A stretch of DNA of 27,146 bases, taken from assembly GCA_041477935.1 (NCBI GenBank), contig JBGOVD010000001.1, forward strand, positions 1 to 27,146. The letters are read 5' to 3'. Made by a program: the position numbers and the translations under genes. Source of the stretch: Dissulfurispiraceae bacterium (GTDB lineage: Bacteria > Nitrospirota > Thermodesulfovibrionia > Thermodesulfovibrionales > Dissulfurispiraceae). The notes beneath the pieces are model-generated. The model was not told the origin of the DNA. It saw only the letters and a list, made by a program, of their open reading frames with translations, and did no database searches. This document shows, piece by piece, positions 23,662-27,146 of this stretch. Positions within the stretch are counted from its first letter, which is position 1. Every line of letters starts with the position of its first letter.

Positions 23662-24098
23662 AGACTCCGCTCGAGAGCCTGCTTTCCCTCAAGAGATGGG
23701 AGGAGGACGAAGCGAAAAACCTGTTTGCGATTGCCAGGAAAGACGTCGACGAACAGGAGAAACGCCTTGCCCACCTCGAAGATAATTTCGGGGTGCTGCG
23801 CGAAAAGATGCAGTATCCTGAAAAGGGCGCTGTGACGATCGACGAGATTCAAAAGATGAATGAACACATGGACCATTTGTTCGGTCTTCTCCAGAGCCAG
23901 AAGGCGTCCGTGGACGCAAGCAGGAAAAGACTGGATGAAGCCATGAAAATCATGGCCGAGGCTGCAAAGGAGCGCAAGACTTACGAAAAGGTCGATGAAC
24001 GGCACAAAGAAGCCGAGCGCGGCGAACTGAAGAAAAAAGAACAGAGAGGGATGGATGAGCATGCTGTCATGCGTCACAAGAAACATTATGGCGAATAA
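23658..24098 (+). CDS. fliJ: Flagellar export protein FliJ
   Basis: 146-aa coiled coil directly after fliI (ATGA overlap). LESLLSLKRWEEDEAK...ERKTYEKV...EQRGMDE matches the FliJ pattern. Confidence 0.85.
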   Translation: MKTPLESLLSLKRWEEDEAKNLFAIARKDVDEQEKRLAHLEDNFGVLREKMQYPEKGAVTIDEIQKMNEHMDHLFGLLQSQKASVDASRKRLDEAMKIMAEAAKERKTYEKVDERHKEAERGELKKKEQRGMDEHAVMRHKKHYGE

Positions 24099-24546
24099 AA
24101 GAGAGGGAATTCTTCTGCATATGGCGTTCGGAGCTCTCCTTGCCCTTATGCTATCGATACCGATGTTTCCGTGTGTCGCAACTGCGCAGGAAAAGAAGCC
24201 GGAGGCCAAGGCGGCCACTTCACTTGAGGAAGAAAGGCTCAAGATCCTCAGGGCCGACCTGCAGGTCCAGATAGAGCAGTTAAAGAAGTTGAAACAGGAA
24301 CTTGAAGTGATGCAGAAGGGACTCGAGGGCAAAAGGCAGGAACAGCTCACCAAGGTTGTAAAAATATACGAGGCCATGGCAGCTGAAGAGGCTGCGAAGG
24401 CCCTCGAAAAGCTCGATGACGACACCGCAGTACAGATTCTATCTTCACTGAAGGCCCGCTCCGCCGGAAAGATCATGGGACAGCTCGATCCCGTCAAGGC
24501 AGCAGCGCTCTCCAAGAAAGTACTTGCCCGCGGCAAGGGCCTGTAG
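24088..24546 (+). CDS. MotE/FlbB/YlxF-like flagellar accessory protein (N-terminal hydrophobic segment, coiled coil, MgtE_N-like domain)
   Basis: Hydrophobic N-terminus, coiled coil, then VVKIYEAMAAEEAAKAL..LDDDTAVQIL..LKARSAGKIMGQLDP..AA, the typical MgtE_N-like repeat. Conserved position between fliJ and fliK. Confidence 0.72.
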   Translation: MANKREGILLHMAFGALLALMLSIPMFPCVATAQEKKPEAKAATSLEEERLKILRADLQVQIEQLKKLKQELEVMQKGLEGKRQEQLTKVVKIYEAMAAEEAAKALEKLDDDTAVQILSSLKARSAGKIMGQLDPVKAAALSKKVLARGKGL

Positions 24547-24579
24547 GAAGAATCTTCCCCGTAGCCGGAAAAAAATTCC
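24546..24579. promoter_or_regulatory. Tandem GGAA-N5-TTCC palindromes, putative enhancer (UAS) pair for the fliK promoter
   Basis: GGAAGAATCTTCC (24546-24558) and GGAAAAAAATTCC (24567-24579) are 21 bp apart, centred about 121 and 100 bp upstream of the predicted start site. Confidence 0.5.
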
Positions 24580-24646
24580 TCTATTTTTCTGCGACGTTCA
24601 ATGCTATTTCCCTGTCTACAGTATGTTTCAGGCCTTGCCGTCTTCC

Positions 24647-24662
24647 TGGCACGACTATTGCT
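24647..24662 (+). promoter_or_regulatory. sigma54 promoter of fliK-flgD-flgE
   Basis: TGGCAC-GACTA-TTGCT is a perfect -24/-12 consensus. It shows that ORF-track start 24601 is too early. Confidence 0.88.
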
Positions 24663-24693
24663 TTTATCCCTCCAGAACAAAGGAGGGCATTGC

Positions 24694-25965
24694 ATGATTC
24701 AAGGTCTGATACCTGTTGCACCGTCGGCGCCGGAAGTCGCGACTGCCCAGGCAGCTCCGGCTGTGCCGGAAAAAAGCTTCAGCTCTGTCCTCAAGACATC
24801 GGTGCAGAATACCGTTAAGCCTGACGACAGCCGGAAGATGGTATCTTCTGAAGATAATATAAGGAAAGACGTTGCAGATTCTGCCAAAGCTTCGTCTGCA
24901 AAGGGCGCCGGAAGCCGTCGGGACTCAGATATGGTGAAGGATACGCCGGACGCTAAAGAGACGAAAGAGTCACAGCCGGTGCAGGACCCGAATGAAATCC
25001 TGCGGCAGCTTGTGCTCCAGATGACCGCAATCTCCCAACAGATCGTCAATCAACCCGTACTTAAAGATGTCTCAGCAGCTGCGGCTGCCTTGGCATCACA
25101 GGGTGCAGAAGCGGCACAGGCAGCTCAATCAGCGCAGGTCGCTCTGATGCCGGCAATTACCGCAATGTCTTCTTCGGCGAAAGAGACCGCGCAGTCGTCA
25201 CCGGGGTCCGTAACAGCGGCCCAGGGCGGCGTCGCCGATAAAATCGATTTCAAGCTGCCTGATAAGATCTCTGCTAATTCGAAAGACGCGCTTTTGAGTG
25301 CTCTTAAGGGGTCTTCGCAGGATAATCTCACAAATGCCATACCGCCGACTGCCGATTCTGCAAAGACCGAGGCGGAGTTGCAATCCTTCAGTCAAACCGG
25401 TAGAAATGCGGCTTCCCTGTCGAAGTCGGCAGGACCATCCGACGACTCTATTTCGCAGTTCAAGATCGAGAGCAGCTCAGTTCCCGCAGCAGGCCGGACT
25501 TCAGGTGACAAGAACAATTCCAGGGAAGCATCCGGTCTATATGCTCAAACCATTCAGGGGCAGACGACTTCAGGTCATGAGCAATCCCCCATCCAGGAAA
25601 CCGTTCCAGTTAACAGGATGACTTCACTGGATGCGGTCATTTCAAAGGCCGTCGACTCCGGACAGAGAAACCTGGTAATCAGGATAGATCCGCCTGACCT
25701 TGGGAGCATGCACATAAGACTAAGTCTCGACAACGGTGTCCTGAAGGCGGATGTCAGGGTGGATTCAAGCTCTATAAAGGACTCTTTCAATCTCGCATTG
25801 CCGCAGATAAAGACATCACTCGAAAATGCGGGGATCAAGGTCAGCGATTTTCATGTTGATGTCAGGGAAGATCAGTACAGGAACGGACAGGAACGTAACA
25901 ACCAGGGACAACAGCAAAAGCAAGACAGGGGATCGAAGAACGGTTTCTCTGACTTCTTTGCATAG
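24694..25965 (+). CDS. fliK: Flagellar hook-length control protein FliK
   Basis: Low-complexity A/S/Q/K-rich N-terminal two thirds, then C-terminal domain LVIRIDPPDLGSMHIRL...IKDSFNLALPQIKTSLENAGI. ATG 24694 has SD AGGAGG at 24681-24686. Confidence 0.9.
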   Translation: MIQGLIPVAPSAPEVATAQAAPAVPEKSFSSVLKTSVQNTVKPDDSRKMVSSEDNIRKDVADSAKASSAKGAGSRRDSDMVKDTPDAKETKESQPVQDPNEILRQLVLQMTAISQQIVNQPVLKDVSAAAAALASQGAEAAQAAQSAQVALMPAITAMSSSAKETAQSSPGSVTAAQGGVADKIDFKLPDKISANSKDALLSALKGSSQDNLTNAIPPTADSAKTEAELQSFSQTGRNAASLSKSAGPSDDSISQFKIESSSVPAAGRTSGDKNNSREASGLYAQTIQGQTTSGHEQSPIQETVPVNRMTSLDAVISKAVDSGQRNLVIRIDPPDLGSMHIRLSLDNGVLKADVRVDSSSIKDSFNLALPQIKTSLENAGIKVSDFHVDVREDQYRNGQERNNQGQQQKQDRGSKNGFSDFFA

Positions 25966-25983
25966 AAACAGGAGGTAGAAAGA

Positions 25984-26412
25984 ATGAGCACAGCGGCCGT
26001 AAATAACAGCGCTTTGAGTTCTCTTTTAGGTGCAAACAACCAGACGACTGCAAGTTCAAGTGCAAAAAAGACCGGCGGGTTGGGAGAGAGCGATTTCCTT
26101 AATCTTCTTATTACGCAGCTAAAAAACCAGGACCCGTTGAACCCGGTGAAGGACACCGATTTTATTGCTCAATTGGCCAACTTCAGCAATCTGCAGCAGA
26201 CGACCAGCATTAATGCAAACATGAGTAATATGCTCGCGCAGCAAAACTATACTAATGCGGCAAGTATGATCGGCAAACAGGTAACCACTTCCGACAGCAA
26301 GTCCGGCGTGGTAAGCAAGGTAAGTCTGGATCAAGGGCAGATTTCCTTATATGTAGGCACTAACAAGTATTCGCTGAGCGATATCACTTCCGTCAGTAAT
26401 GCGACGGCTTAA
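25984..26412 (+). CDS. flgD: Flagellar hook capping protein FlgD
   Basis: LGESDFLNLLITQLKNQDPLNP...FIAQLANFSNLQQ...A.SMIGKQV. Confidence 0.95.
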   Translation: MSTAAVNNSALSSLLGANNQTTASSSAKKTGGLGESDFLNLLITQLKNQDPLNPVKDTDFIAQLANFSNLQQTTSINANMSNMLAQQNYTNAASMIGKQVTTSDSKSGVVSKVSLDQGQISLYVGTNKYSLSDITSVSNATA

Positions 26413-26423
26413 GGAGGAAGGTC

Positions 26424-27146
26424 ATGTCTATTCTATCATCCATTTTCACAGGTGTCAGCGGACTTAATTCGAACGGGCAGGCATTGTCCGTAATCGGCGA
26501 CAACATCGCCAATGTCAATACCGTCGGCTTCAAGGGCAGCCGTATGGCCTTCGGAGACATTCTTAGCCAGTCGCTCACGGGGCTCTCGGGTTCCTCCCAG
26601 GTCGGCCGTGGCGTCGCGGTAAACGGGGTAACGGCTATGTTCACACAGGGTTCGTTCCAGAATACTTCGAGCGGACTCGATATTGCCGTCGACGGCGAAG
26701 GGTTCTTCATGGTCGACAACAATGGTGCTACTAACTATACAAGGGCGGGGAATTTCCAGCTTGACCAGAGCGGTAATGTAGTAACCCCTTCAGGCGCGAT
26801 CCTCCAGGGGTATCTGGCGGATGCTACAGGTAACATTACAGGCCAGATCGGCAATGTTCAACTCCTTGCAAATGCCAACCTGCCGCAGGCTACAAGCACG
26901 GCTAATCTGGCCGTCAACCTTGACTCCGGAGCCGCTGTTCCGGGTGCTGCATGGGTTTCCCCTGTTGGATCGGCCACGGCGCCGGCCGCTAATACTTTCA
27001 ATAATACTACGTCCGTGACGGCTTATGATTCACAGGGCAATGCGCATCAGGTCAATGTCTATTTCGCAAAAACAGGTTCTAATGCCTATACCGCTCATTA
27101 TGTTTATCAGGATTCGGCCGGGCTTTACCAGGAGTCAGGGGCCGGG
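26424..27146 (+). CDS. flgE: Flagellar hook protein FlgE (5' part; runs off the window end)
   Basis: Absent from the ORF track because there is no stop. My translation from ATG 26424 (SD AAGGAGG): MSILSSIFTGVSGLNSNGQALSVIGDNIANVNTVGFKGSR...FTQGSFQNTSSGLDIAVDGEGFF...YTRAGNFQLD...LQGY...YDSQGNAH, open to base 27146. Confidence 0.93.
   Translation, partial: MSILSSIFTGVSGLNSNGQALSVIGDNIANVNTVGFKGSRMAFGDILSQSLTGLSGSSQVGRGVAVNGVTAMFTQGSFQNTSSGLDIAVDGEGFFMVDNNGATNYTRAGNFQLDQSGNVVTPSGAILQGYLADATGNITGQIGNVQLLANANLPQATSTANLAVNLDSGAAVPGAAWVSPVGSATAPAANTFNNTTSVTAYDSQGNAHQVNVYFAKTGSNAYTAHYVYQDSAGLYQESGAG

Noticed and set aside
1-27146. CRISPR arrays, tRNA/rRNA genes, riboswitches, prophage or defence genes
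   Set aside because: None seen. There are no regularly spaced repeats, and the intergenic gaps are short and explained by promoters or SD sites.

Overview
This window has two unrelated blocks separated by one IS4-family element. Block 1 (203-11279) is anaerobic redox metabolism. A tightly packed 7-gene operon encodes a Psr/Phs-clade molybdoenzyme with no Tat signal, a PsrB-like 4x[4Fe-4S] subunit, two tandem NuoG-N-terminal-like Fe-S paralogues, a NuoF-cluster/GltD-type NAD(P)H flavoprotein, an ArsC/LMW-PTP protein and a 1060-aa PEP-synthase-like phosphohistidine protein that lacks the pyruvate TIM barrel. It is followed by trxB and a convergent molbindin (TOBE) gene. The IS4 element (11319-12637) has 21-bp terminal inverted repeats, an intact-looking transposase and no visible target-site duplication. 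Block 2 (12694 to the window end) is a sigma54-controlled flagellar cluster: a FleQ-like activator with no N-terminal input domain, an exported TPR protein, a FleS/FleR-like two-component pair, then flgB-flgC-fliE-fliF-fliG-fliH-fliI-fliJ-(MotE/FlbB-like)-fliK-flgD-flgE (partial). Several cis-elements can be read directly: two or three sigma54 promoters, two FleQ-box-like palindromes, a tandem GGAA-N5-TTCC enhancer pair, and two sigma70-type promoters placed to give leaderless mRNAs. Gene content suggests an anaerobe similar to Desulfobacterota or Nitrospirota; that is an inference. All family assignments come from motif recognition by eye, not database searches. The strongest candidate for an undescribed system is the soluble NAD(P)H-linked Psr/Phs-type molybdoenzyme complex with its co-encoded ArsC-like and dikinase-like partners.
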